Positions 54,192 through 63,557 of a stretch of DNA of 64,000 nucleotides are shown here, piece after piece (within the stretch, counting starts at the first letter, position 1; the number at the start of each line of letters is the position of its first letter). Location of the stretch: positions 65,181-129,180 of the forward strand of contig CAVPXV010000004.1 in the NCBI GenBank assembly GCA_963709845.1, in the 5' to 3' direction. The notes below the pieces were generated by a model. The model worked only from the letters and a program-made list of their open reading frames with translations, was not told the DNA's origin and did no database searches. Both the position numbers and the translations under genes were made by a program. This DNA comes from an uncultured Thermoleophilia bacterium (lineage in GTDB: Bacteria > Actinomycetota > Thermoleophilia > UBA2241).

Positions 54192-55921
54192 TCCGTCTGC
54201 TGCGTACCGGCCTGCGCCCCTACCGCTGGCAGATCGTCGTCGTGCTCGTCCTGGTGCTCATCCAGGTCATCGCCAACCTCTATCTGCCGACGCTGAACGC
54301 CGACATCATCAACAACGGCGTGGTGACCGGAGACACCGCCTACATCATCAGGGTCGGCGCCCTCATGCTCGGCGTCACGCTCGTCTACGTGCTCGCAGCC
54401 ATCGCCGCGGTGTACTGGGGCTCGAAGACCTCCATGGCCCTCGGCCGAGACACACGCGGCTCCCTGTTCCGCCGCATCCAGGGCTTCTCACAGGCCGAGG
54501 TCAACAAGTTCGGCCCGCCGTCGCTGATCACGCGCACGACCAACGACGTGCAGCAGGTCCAGATGGTGGTGCTGATGATGCTGAACGTCGTCGTAGCGGC
54601 GCCGATCACGGCCATCGGCGGCATCATCATGGCGCTGCGCCTCGACGTGCCGCTCTCCGCCGTCATCCTGGTCGCGATCCCTATCATGGGCGTCGTCATC
54701 GGCCTGGTGATGACCAGGGCCATCCCGCTCTTCATGTCCATGCAGAAGAAGATCGACCGCATCAACCAGGTCACGCGCGAGTTCCTGAGCGGCGTGCGCG
54801 TCATCCGCGCCTTCGACCGCACCGGGTACGAGGAGCAGCGCTTCGACGTCGCCAGCGTCGACCTGACGACGACGACGCTCAAGGTCGGCCGTCTGTTCGC
54901 GCTCATGTTCCCGGCCATCACGATCATCCTGAACCTGTCGACGGTCGCGATCATGTGGTTCGGTGGCAAGCAGATCGCCGACGGCAGCATGCCCATCGGC
55001 GACCTCACCGCCTTCCTCACCTACATCATCCAGATCCTCTTCGCGGTGCTCATGGCCACCATCATGTTCGTCATGGTCCCGCGCGCCGCCGTCTCCGCCC
55101 AGCGCATCATGGAGGTACTGGACACGGAGCCGAGCATCGTCGACCCCGAGCGGCCCGCGAGGGACGTGGCCCAGGCCGGCATCGTGGAGTTCCGCGACGT
55201 CGAGTTCCGCTATCCCGGGGCCGAGGAGCCGGTGCTCAGCGGCATCAGCTTCACGGCGCGGCCGGGAGAGACGACCGCGGTCGTGGGCAGCACCGGCAGC
55301 GGCAAGACGACGCTCATCAGCCTGATCCCGCGCTTCTACGAGGTCACCGGCGGCAGCGTGCTCGTGGACGGCGTGGACGTGCGCGACCTGGCCCAGCAGG
55401 ACCTGTGGCACAGGATCGGCCTCGTGCCGCAGAAGTCGTTCCTCTTCAGCGGCAGCGTGGCGGACAACCTGCGCCACGGCGACCAGGAGGCCGCCGACGA
55501 AGAGCTCTGGCGGTACCTCGAGATCGCCCAGGGCCGCGAGTTCGTCGAGGCGATGCCCGAGCAACTCGAGGCGCCCGTCGCCCAGGGCGGCGCCAACGTC
55601 TCCGGCGGGCAGCGTCAGCGCCTCGCCATCGCCAGGGCGCTGGCCAAACAGGCGAAGATCCAGATCTACGACGACAGCTTCTCGGCGCTCGACTTCACGA
55701 CGGACGCCAAGCTCCGCGCGGCGCTGCGCAAGCAGACCGCCGACGCGACCGTGATCATCGTCGCCCAGCGCGTCGGCACGATCATGCACGCCGACCAGAT
55801 CATCGTGCTCGACGACGACGGCACGATCGCCGGGATCGGCTCGCACCGCGAGCTGCTCGAGACGAGCGAGACCTACCGCGAGATCGTCAGCTCGCAACTC
55901 GGTGTGGAGGGCGTGGCGTGA
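54188..55921 (+). CDS. ABC transporter, fused permease/ATP-binding half-transporter (type I exporter fold, MdlB-like)
   Basis: GTG start giving VIRLLRTGLRPYRWQIVVVLV... A six-TM domain is followed by Walker A (GSTGSGKT), the ABC signature (VSGGQRQRLAIARAL) and Walker B (IYDDSFSALD). Confidence 0.9.
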   Translation: MIRLLRTGLRPYRWQIVVVLVLVLIQVIANLYLPTLNADIINNGVVTGDTAYIIRVGALMLGVTLVYVLAAIAAVYWGSKTSMALGRDTRGSLFRRIQGFSQAEVNKFGPPSLITRTTNDVQQVQMVVLMMLNVVVAAPITAIGGIIMALRLDVPLSAVILVAIPIMGVVIGLVMTRAIPLFMSMQKKIDRINQVTREFLSGVRVIRAFDRTGYEEQRFDVASVDLTTTTLKVGRLFALMFPAITIILNLSTVAIMWFGGKQIADGSMPIGDLTAFLTYIIQILFAVLMATIMFVMVPRAAVSAQRIMEVLDTEPSIVDPERPARDVAQAGIVEFRDVEFRYPGAEEPVLSGISFTARPGETTAVVGSTGSGKTTLISLIPRFYEVTGGSVLVDGVDVRDLAQQDLWHRIGLVPQKSFLFSGSVADNLRHGDQEAADEELWRYLEIAQGREFVEAMPEQLEAPVAQGGANVSGGQRQRLAIARALAKQAKIQIYDDSFSALDFTTDAKLRAALRKQTADATVIIVAQRVGTIMHADQIIVLDDDGTIAGIGSHRELLETSETYREIVSSQLGVEGVA

Positions 55922-56034
55922 GCGCCGCGGAGAACAAGGCGCAGCCTGCCGCGCGCGGCGACGGAGCCCCGCCCCGGCCGCCGCGCGGCGCCGGCGGGCC
56001 CGGTCCCGGGGGCCCGGGTGCCCACGCCCTGGTG

Positions 56035-57924
56035 ATGCCGACGGCCAAGGCCAAGGACCTCCGCGGCGCCCTGCGCCGCCTCGCCGCTCAGCTCAGGCCC
56101 GAGCGCGCGCTCCTCATCACGGTCGTGCTGCTCGCGGTGGTCAGCGTGGCCTTCGCCGTGGCAGGCCCCAAGATCCTCGGCCGCGCCACCAACATCATCT
56201 TCGACGGGGTCATCAGCAAGCAGATCCCGGCCGGCGTGACCAAGGCCCAGGCCATCGCCGGCCTGCGCGCCAAGGGTCAGAGCCGCATCGCCGACTTGAT
56301 CTCCGGCATGACCCTGCACCCCGGCCACGGCGTCGACTTCAACGCCCTGGCTCGCACGCTGCTCCTGCTCGTCGGCGTGTACGTACTCAGCGCGCTCTTC
56401 GCCTGGCTGCAGGCCTACCTCATGGCCGGCGTGGCGCAGCGCACGATCTACCGATTGCGGCGGCAGGCGGACGAGAAGCTGGCGCGCCTGCCGCTCAAGT
56501 ACTTCGACGACCACCCGCGCGGCGACGTCCTCAGCCGCATGACCAACGACATCGACAACATCTCACAGTCGCTGCAGCAGAGCCTGACGCAGATCATCAC
56601 GTCGACGCTGACGATCGTCGGCGTCCTCATCATGATGCTCACGATCAGCTGGCTGCTGGCGATGATCTCGGTGCTCGTCGTACCGGTGTCGGTGGTCGTC
56701 ACGATGATCATCGCCAAGCGCTCGCAGAAGCAGTTCGCGGCGCAGTGGGAGACCACGGGCGACCTCAACGGCCACGTCGAGGAGATGTTCACCGGCCACA
56801 ACGTGGTCAAGGTGTTCGGCCGCCAACAGGCCGCCATCGAGACGTTCGACGCTGAGAACGAGACGCTCTACCAGGCGAGCTTCAAGGCTCAGTTCATCTC
56901 GGGGATCATCATGCCGGTCATGAACTTCGTCATGAACCTCAACTACGTCGCCATCGCCGTGATCGGCGGCCTCATGATGGCCACCGGCCGCATCTCACTC
57001 GGCGGCGTGACGGCCTTCTTCCAGTACTCGCGCCAGTTCACGATGCCGATCACGCAGGTCGCCAGCATCATGAACGTGCTGCAGAGCACGGCGGCGTCGG
57101 CCGAGCGCGTCTTCGAGCTCATCGACGAGCCCGAAGAAGAGCCCGACGCCGCCGAGTGCGTCCTCTTCGAGAGGACTCGCGGCCACATCTCCCTGGAGGA
57201 CGTGTCGTTCCGCTACCTGCCGGACACCCCTCTCATCGAGGGCCTCACACTGGATGTGCGGCCCGGCGAGACCGTCGCCATCGTCGGGCCGACCGGCGCG
57301 GGCAAGACGACGCTCGTCAATCTCCTGCTGCGCTTCTACGAGATCGACGAGGGCCGGATCCTCGTCGACGGCGTGGACACGCGCGACATCTCGCGCAGCG
57401 ACCTGCGCCGTCTGTTCGGCATGGTGCTCCAGGACGCCTGGCTCTTCAGCGGTACGATCCATGAGAACGTGGCCTACGGCCGCGAGGGCGCGAGCGAAGA
57501 CGACGTGCGCGCCGCCGCCAGGGCGTCGCGAGTCGACCACTTCGTGCGCGCCCTCCCCGACGGCTACGACACGGTGCTCGACGACGACGCGACCAACGTC
57601 TCGGCAGGCGAGAAGCAGCTACTGACCATCGCCCGCGCCTTCCTCGCCGACCCCGACATCCTGATCCTCGACGAGGCGACGAGCTCGGTGGACACCCGCA
57701 CCGAGATGCTCATCCAGGAGGCGATGGTCGAGCTCATGAAGGATCGCACGAGCTTCGTGATCGCCCATCGGCTCTCGACCATCCGCGGCGCCGACACGAT
57801 CCTCGTGATGGACAAGGGCGCCATCATCGAGCAGGGCAGCCACGAGGAGCTCATGGCCGCGCGCGGCTTCTACTACGGCCTCTACGCCAGCCAGTTCGAG
57901 GAGGCGCTCGAAGAGGCGTCGTGA
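56035..57924 (+). CDS. ABC transporter, fused permease/ATP-binding half-transporter (MdlA-like)
   Basis: The ATG at 56035 (MPTAKAKDLRGALRRL...) is preferred. The alternative GTG at 55918 would overlap the upstream stop. Walker A GPTGAGKT, signature VSAGEKQLLTIARAF and Walker B LILDEATSSVD are present. Confidence 0.85.
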   Translation: MPTAKAKDLRGALRRLAAQLRPERALLITVVLLAVVSVAFAVAGPKILGRATNIIFDGVISKQIPAGVTKAQAIAGLRAKGQSRIADLISGMTLHPGHGVDFNALARTLLLLVGVYVLSALFAWLQAYLMAGVAQRTIYRLRRQADEKLARLPLKYFDDHPRGDVLSRMTNDIDNISQSLQQSLTQIITSTLTIVGVLIMMLTISWLLAMISVLVVPVSVVVTMIIAKRSQKQFAAQWETTGDLNGHVEEMFTGHNVVKVFGRQQAAIETFDAENETLYQASFKAQFISGIIMPVMNFVMNLNYVAIAVIGGLMMATGRISLGGVTAFFQYSRQFTMPITQVASIMNVLQSTAASAERVFELIDEPEEEPDAAECVLFERTRGHISLEDVSFRYLPDTPLIEGLTLDVRPGETVAIVGPTGAGKTTLVNLLLRFYEIDEGRILVDGVDTRDISRSDLRRLFGMVLQDAWLFSGTIHENVAYGREGASEDDVRAAARASRVDHFVRALPDGYDTVLDDDATNVSAGEKQLLTIARAFLADPDILILDEATSSVDTRTEMLIQEAMVELMKDRTSFVIAHRLSTIRGADTILVMDKGAIIEQGSHEELMAARGFYYGLYASQFEEALEEAS

Positions 57925-58088
57925 GCGCCGCGCCGGCCGCTCCGGAGGCGCCGGCCGACACCCGGCGCCAGGGCGGTGTTCCCGTCTTGGCCGTGTGGGC
58001 CGCGCGAGGAACCGTTAGACTGTGCCTTGTGGAGGGCGCGGCCGGGGGGGCCGTGCACAGCCCGTCGAGGCCAGCGCTGGAGGGAACC

Positions 58089-59957
58089 ATGTCCAACACG
58101 CACAACGATGGCGCCGTAGGCACGGCAGACTCCGCCGAGGCATCTGTCTCACGACGCCGTCCGCGGCCGTTCCTGTGGGGCGTGGCCGCACTCGCCGCGC
58201 TCGTCCTGCTCCCGGCGACGGCATGGGCGTCCGCCTCGCCGTCGCCGTCTGCGTCGGCGTCGCCGCTCACCTACCGCATCGGCCTCCAGAGCGACGTCGA
58301 CAACATGAACCCGTTCTCGACCTACAACACGATCCCGTGGGAGTGCTTCCGCGTGGGCTACAACTTCCTCACGTGGTACGACGCGAACTACAAGCCGGTG
58401 CCGGATCTGGCCGACCCCGTGCCGACGGTGGGGAACGGGGGGGTCACCGCCGGCGGCCGCGTGTGGACCTTCCACATCCGTCCCAACGTCAAATGGAGCG
58501 ACGGCGTGCCGCTCACGGCGCGCGACGTCGCCTACACCTACAACCGCATCCTGCGCACGCAGAACGGGTTCTACATCGGCTACTTCACGGGCGTGACCAA
58601 AGTCGAGGCGCCCGACGACAGCACCGTGGTCATCACATCGAGCAAGCCCAACGCGGTGATGACCGCACTCTACGTGCCGATCCTCCCCGAGCACGTCTGG
58701 AGCAAGGTCCCGGACAAGCAGCTCGACTCCTATGCCAACGTGCCGATGGTCTCGAGCGGCCCGTTCCACGTCACCGAGTCCAAGGTCGGCAAGTACGTGA
58801 AGATGGAGCGTAACCCGTACTACAAGGACGGCTTCGGCAAGGAGCCGGCCGTCGAGCAGGTGCTCTTCGAGATCTACCAGACTCAGGACGGCGTCATCGC
58901 CGACTACAAGGCCGGAGCCCTGGACGCCGCCATCGAGCTGGACGCCGGCTTCGCCCGCAACCTTCAGGGCCTCCCCGGGTCGACGTCGGTGGCATCGCCG
59001 GCCATCGGCTTCCACGAGCTCGGCTTCAACTGCTACAAGAGCTCGAAGAGCAAGGGCAACCCGCTGCTGCTCGACGTGCGTATCCGTCAGGCGATCAACT
59101 GGGCGATCGACAAGCCGGCGATCGCCGCGACCGCAATGGACAACCTCGCCCAGCCCGGCACCTCACTGCTCTCGCCGGTCCAGGGGTTCTACCGCTGGAA
59201 CGTGCCTGACGCGGAGCAGTACGCGTACGACCCCGGCAAGGCCAGGCAGATCCTCGACGACGCCGGCTACAAGGTGGGTCCCGGCGGCGTGCGCGTGGCG
59301 CCCAACGGCAAGCCGCTCAAGTTCCGCCTCGCGGCGTTCACCGCCTACCCGATGGATATCACCGCCGCCAAGAAGATCAGCAGCTACCTCAAGGCCGTCG
59401 GCATCGCGACCGTCGTCCAGGTGATGGACGAGAACGCGTTCACCACGGCCAACTACGACAACGCCGACGACGACCTCTACATCTGGAACTGGAACGCCGA
59501 CATCGACCCAGGCTACATCCTGAGCGTGTTCACCACCGGCCAGATCCTCAACGGTAGCGACTCCGAGTACTCCAACCCCGTGTACGACAACCTCTACGTG
59601 CAGCAGGCGCAGGCAGTCGACCCGGCGCAGCGCCAGCAGATCATCTACAAGATGCAGCAGATCCTGTATCGCGATTCGCCGTATTCGATCCTCTGGTACA
59701 ACGTGAACGTGCAGGCCTTCCGCACCGACAAGTGGACGGGCTATAGCTCGGTGCCGCCGGGCGGCAAGGGCGCCGCCTTCCGCAACATGCTGCGCACCAC
59801 CTACGTCGACCTCAAGCCCGTGGCCACCGGCACGGCTACGACGAGCAGCGGTGGCAACACCGGCGTGATCGTGGCCGTCGTCGTGGCGGCGATCGCCGTC
59901 ATAGCAGTCGTCGCCATCGTCTTGAACCGGCGGCGCCAGCGGGTCGAGACCGAGTGA
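58089..59957 (+). CDS. ABC substrate-binding protein, family 5 (peptide/oligosaccharide-type) with a signal peptide and a C-terminal TM anchor
   Basis: Start MSNTHNDGAV... with a GGAGGGAACC SD. The signal is ...LWGVAALAALVLLPATAWASA, and the body is family-5 SBP-like (...YKAGALDAA...). The extreme C-terminus GVIVAVVVAAIAVIAVVAIVLNRRRQRVETE is a hydrophobic helix followed by basic residues. Confidence 0.85.
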   Translation: MSNTHNDGAVGTADSAEASVSRRRPRPFLWGVAALAALVLLPATAWASASPSPSASASPLTYRIGLQSDVDNMNPFSTYNTIPWECFRVGYNFLTWYDANYKPVPDLADPVPTVGNGGVTAGGRVWTFHIRPNVKWSDGVPLTARDVAYTYNRILRTQNGFYIGYFTGVTKVEAPDDSTVVITSSKPNAVMTALYVPILPEHVWSKVPDKQLDSYANVPMVSSGPFHVTESKVGKYVKMERNPYYKDGFGKEPAVEQVLFEIYQTQDGVIADYKAGALDAAIELDAGFARNLQGLPGSTSVASPAIGFHELGFNCYKSSKSKGNPLLLDVRIRQAINWAIDKPAIAATAMDNLAQPGTSLLSPVQGFYRWNVPDAEQYAYDPGKARQILDDAGYKVGPGGVRVAPNGKPLKFRLAAFTAYPMDITAAKKISSYLKAVGIATVVQVMDENAFTTANYDNADDDLYIWNWNADIDPGYILSVFTTGQILNGSDSEYSNPVYDNLYVQQAQAVDPAQRQQIIYKMQQILYRDSPYSILWYNVNVQAFRTDKWTGYSSVPPGGKGAAFRNMLRTTYVDLKPVATGTATTSSGGNTGVIVAVVVAAIAVIAVVAIVLNRRRQRVETE

Positions 59958-60022
59958 CCGCGGGGAGCGGGCGGGCGGCCGTCGCGGCCCCCGCCCGCTC
60001 CCCGTGCTGCGACGCCGATGCG

Positions 60023-60790
60023 TCAGCCGCCGGCGCTGGTCCAGCGTTCGAGCCACCACGCCGCCGAACGGTTCATCTCCAGGCTGAAGTCGGCCGTGAA
60101 CTTGCGTGCGTAGACGTCCTGCGCGAGGTTGGCGATGCCCTCGCGAAAGCCTCGCGGGGCGTGCAGCCGGTCGAGCTCACCCGACACCTCACGGAGTTCG
60201 TCGGCGCTGAGCCGTTCGTAGACATCGCGGTGCACGACGTGCTTCTCGTACCTGGGTGCCGGCCGGCGCCCGTCCCTGGGCCGGCCGAGGCACAGCATCG
60301 CGATGGGCAGCGTGTAGCGCGGCAGGCGGAGCAGCTGCGCGTGGGTCTCCGCCTGCTCGATGATGTCGCCGATGTAGCACGAGCCGATGCCCAAGGATTC
60401 GGCCGCGACGACGGCGTTCTGCGCCGCGATGAGCGCGTCGCAGCAGGCCATCAGCAGGTCCCCGGGACCCGGGGTCACTCCCTTGGGCACCCCGGGCAGC
60501 TCGTCCACGCCGCTCACCGCGAAGAGGTCCATCCATTTCTGCCAGTCGGCGAGGAACACCAGCACCCACGGCGCCCGCGCGATGAACGGCTGATCGTCGC
60601 AGGTCACTGCCAGCCGTTCCTTGAGCGCCTGGTCCTCGATCTCGATGATCGAGTACAGCATCTGGTTGCCGGCCGTAGGTGCGCGCATGGCCGCGTGCAG
60701 AACGGCCTCCTTCTCCGCGGCGCTGATGGGCGTGTCGGCGTAGGCGCGCGTCGAGCAGCGCGCCTCCAGCAGCTCGAGCACCGGGTTCAC
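60023..60790 (-). CDS. nitroreductase-family protein
   Basis: GTG start (VNPVLELLEARCSTRAY...) with a GGAGG SD. ...RAPTAGNQM...SLGIGSCYIG... is the nitroreductase FMN fold. The upstream 254 codons of the track ORF are Arg-rich junk. Confidence 0.8.
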   Translation of the reverse strand: MNPVLELLEARCSTRAYADTPISAAEKEAVLHAAMRAPTAGNQMLYSIIEIEDQALKERLAVTCDDQPFIARAPWVLVFLADWQKWMDLFAVSGVDELPGVPKGVTPGPGDLLMACCDALIAAQNAVVAAESLGIGSCYIGDIIEQAETHAQLLRLPRYTLPIAMLCLGRPRDGRRPAPRYEKHVVHRDVYERLSADELREVSGELDRLHAPRGFREGIANLAQDVYARKFTADFSLEMNRSAAWWLERWTSAGG

Positions 60791-61095
60791 TCCGCCTCCT
60801 CTCTTCGCTGTGGTCGGCCGCGACGCACCGGCGCGGAACGGCCGGCCCACAGCAGTCGCGCGTGTCAGCCGTAGGCCATGGCCTCGAGGTCGGTACCGTC
60901 GCGCCGCGCGACCCTGCGGGTGGTGCGATCGATGATCCCGCTGGGGAGCCGCAGAAGCAGCGGCCTCGTCCTCAACGTGGCGATCCTCGCCGACCAGTTG
61001 GTATTTAGGATCGTCGGCCTGAGCCGGCGTCGGTCGGACGGCGCCCGAGCGTAGCCAGTCCCGGCCATGAACGGACCGTGATGCCGGAGCCCCTG

Positions 61096-61350
61096 CTAGC
61101 GGCGCCGGCGGCGGCGCAGCAGGACGGCGCCGAGGACGGCGGCCGCCAGAGCGCCGCCGGCGTAGGGAGCGGCGCGGCGCGCCTGCTCCTTGCGCTGGCG
61201 GCCCTGTTCGCGGGCCGCCTCGACGGCCTCGGCGACCTCGGTGCCGAGCGCGTCGAACGACTTCTTGAGACCCTCGCGCTCGGCGACGATGTCCTTGACG
61301 ATCTCGTCCGGCGCGCGCTCCGGGGTCTTGGGTGCGTTGGGCTCGGCCAT
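61096..61350 (-). CDS. DUF3618-like small protein with a C-terminal TM and poly-Arg tail
   Basis: 84 aa: MAEPNAPKTPERAPDEIVKDIVAEREGLKKSFDALG...AAVLGAVLLRRRRRR. It overlaps the stop of the upstream gene. Confidence 0.45.
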   Translation of the reverse strand: MAEPNAPKTPERAPDEIVKDIVAEREGLKKSFDALGTEVAEAVEAAREQGRQRKEQARRAAPYAGGALAAAVLGAVLLRRRRRR

Positions 61351-61928
61351 CAGCTCTTTGCCTCATCGGTCGGCGCGGGCGGCGCGTCCGCCTGCGGCTT
61401 GGGCGCCGCCGCCGGGGGCGCGAGCGGCCCCGCCGGTGTGGCGGCGCTCGCCGGCGGCTTGGCGTCGGCCGGCGCGCTCGTGCCGGCAGACGCCGGCCCG
61501 GCCGGCTCCGGCTCCTTCTTCGGGCGCACGCGCGCCGCGGTGTCGAGCACACCGGTCCTCATGGTGTCGACCGTGGTCTTGGCCTCGGCCACCGCCCGCT
61601 CCGGCGCGATCGTCTTGGCCTTGCGCAGCTTGCTGCGGCCCACCAGCACGAGGATGAGGATGATGAGGAAGAGCGCGAGGGCGACGATCAGCAGCGAGAG
61701 CCACAGTGGCAGCCAGATGTCGAGGACGGCGGCGATGGTCGCCAGCGTGAACCCGATCGCGTACAGCGCCAGAAGTGCGGCGCCGACGAACATGCCGGCG
61801 GCGGCGCCGAACTGACGGCCCTTGGCTTTCAGCTCCGCCGTCAGCAGCTCCAGGTTGAGCTGCACCAGGCGCTGGCCGCGGTCGCGGATGTCGGTGAGCG
61901 ACGCGTTTATGCGTTCCCGGAATCCCAC
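61350..61928 (-). CDS. phage holin family protein (actinobacterial Holin-X type)
   Basis: MGFRERINASLTDIRDRGQRLVQLNLELLTAELKAKGRQFGAAAGMFVGAALLALYAIGF..., followed by a Pro/Ala-rich tail. In Actinobacteria this family is commonly paired with a DUF3618 protein. Confidence 0.6.
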   Translation of the reverse strand: MGFRERINASLTDIRDRGQRLVQLNLELLTAELKAKGRQFGAAAGMFVGAALLALYAIGFTLATIAAVLDIWLPLWLSLLIVALALFLIILILVLVGRSKLRKAKTIAPERAVAEAKTTVDTMRTGVLDTAARVRPKKEPEPAGPASAGTSAPADAKPPASAATPAGPLAPPAAAPKPQADAPPAPTDEAKS

Positions 61929-62086
61929 GGGGGCAGCCTACCACCTCGGGAGGACTTGGTAACTAGCAGGCACCGTTTTTGTCGCATTCGCGGTCTTCGG
62001 CGGCCGGCCGTCGGACGATCCACGCGGCCGCGGCCCCACTCGCCGGCTGCCGATTCGCCCGGCTGACGACCGGGAATCAAGCGCAC

Positions 62087-62908
62087 GTGGACGCCGCATC
62101 GACAATCGCGCTCAACAACGGAGTGCTCATGCCGCGTCTCGGCCTCGGGGTCTGGCAGGCGCAGCCGGGCGACGAGGTGCGCGATGCCGTTCGCTGGGCG
62201 CTGGAGGCGGGCTATCGCCACATCGACACGGCGAGGGTCTACCGCAACGAGCGCGACGTGGGGGAGGCGCTGCGCGCGTCCCGCGTCCCGCGCGATCAGC
62301 TCTTCGTGACCACCAAGCTGTGGAACCAGGACCACGGCTACGCGCGCACCAAGGCGGCTCTCGGCGAGAGTCTCGAACGGCTGGGGCTGGACTACGTGGA
62401 CCTCTACCTCATCCACTGGCCGGTGGAGGATGTCCGCCTCGACAGCTGGAGGGCGATGGAGGAGCTGTACGCCGCCGGCAGGACGCGCGCCATCGGCGTC
62501 AGCAACTTCCAGCAGAGACATCTCGGCGAACTGTTGGCGAACGCCTCCGTGGTCCCGGCGGTCGATCAGGTGGAGTTCTCGCCGTTCCTCTACCAGCGCG
62601 AGCTTCTCGCCTTCTGCGGCGAGCACGGCATCCAACTCGAGGCCTACAGCCCACTCACGCGCGGGCGGCGGCTGCGCGAGCCCGCGCTGGTGGCCATCGC
62701 CGAGCGCTACGGCAAGACCACCGCCCAGGTGCTCATCCGCTGGGCGCTCCAGCACGAGCTGGTCGTGATCCCCAAGTCGGTCGCCCGCGAGCGCATCTAC
62801 GCGAACGCCGACGTCTTCGACTTCGCGCTCGCGGATGAGGATATGGCGGCCCTCGACGCCCTCGACGAGGGTGCCCGCTACGCTTGGGACCCAAGCGCCG
62901 TGCCTTGA
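62087..62908 (+). CDS. aldo/keto reductase (2,5-diketo-D-gluconate reductase-like)
   Basis: GTG start giving VDAASTIALNNGVLMPRLGLGVWQ.... The catalytic tetrad context is present (D..Y..K..H: DTARVYRNE, TKLWN, IHWP). Confidence 0.88.
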   Translation: MDAASTIALNNGVLMPRLGLGVWQAQPGDEVRDAVRWALEAGYRHIDTARVYRNERDVGEALRASRVPRDQLFVTTKLWNQDHGYARTKAALGESLERLGLDYVDLYLIHWPVEDVRLDSWRAMEELYAAGRTRAIGVSNFQQRHLGELLANASVVPAVDQVEFSPFLYQRELLAFCGEHGIQLEAYSPLTRGRRLREPALVAIAERYGKTTAQVLIRWALQHELVVIPKSVARERIYANADVFDFALADEDMAALDALDEGARYAWDPSAVP

Positions 62909-62989
62909 CCTCGGCAGCACCGGCGGGGACGCGCGAGGGGGCGCCTGCGGCGCCCCCTCGCGTCCTGCCTTTGCCGGCGCGCCCGGCGC

Positions 62990-63376
62990 TCAGGCGGCCT
63001 TGGCCGTCGCGCCTTCCACGTTGAAGCGGCGAGCGGCGGACTCGCCCTCGTCGAACTGGACGATGGTGCAGGGCTCCTTGCCCTCCACCCAGGCGTCGTG
63101 GCCGGCCGGGATGAGGAACGCGCTGCCCGGCCCGAACGACAGCCTGGTCCCGTCGGTCAGTTCCGCCGTGATGCGGCCGGAGATCGTATAGCCCACGTGC
63201 GTGTCCATGCAGCGCTCCGCGCCCATGTCGCGCGAGAAGCGCCAGCCGACAGGGTACGTGGCGCGCTTTACCTTGATGTCGCCGAGCCTCACGACGTCTA
63301 TCTCGACGCCGCCCTTGCTTTGGTGCTCGTCGGGGGTGTCCAGCGATCTGCAGGTCCCCTTGTTGGAAGAGGCCAT
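62990..63376 (-). CDS. cupin-domain protein
   Basis: Internal start MASSNKGTCRSLDTPDEHQSKGGVEIDVVRLGD... with an AGGAGGA SD, 128 aa. The cupin beta-barrel motif ...HVGYTISGRITAEL...FLIPAGHDAW is present. Confidence 0.7.
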   Translation of the reverse strand: MASSNKGTCRSLDTPDEHQSKGGVEIDVVRLGDIKVKRATYPVGWRFSRDMGAERCMDTHVGYTISGRITAELTDGTRLSFGPGSAFLIPAGHDAWVEGKEPCTIVQFDEGESAARRFNVEGATAKAA

Positions 63377-63557
63377 CAGGTCCTCCTGTGTGCCTCGATG
63401 TCGGGAATGGACGTCCGTGTCGCGAGACCCGGACCCGGTCAGCGTTCCCGGGGCGCCGGGGCGGTACGCCGTTGCGCCTGCCGCGCCCCGCGGCCTGTGG
63501 GTGCCGGGCGGGACGGCGCTCGCCGGGCCCTTGCCGGCGCTCGCCGAGGACGCGGCG

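Noticed and set aside
55918-56034. GTG at 55918 as the start of the second ABC gene (overlapping the upstream stop)
   Set aside because: It is possible, but the 39 extra residues are Pro/Gly/Ala-rich, and the ATG at 56035 gives a canonical ABC exporter N-terminus. It is kept as the alternative in the evidence.
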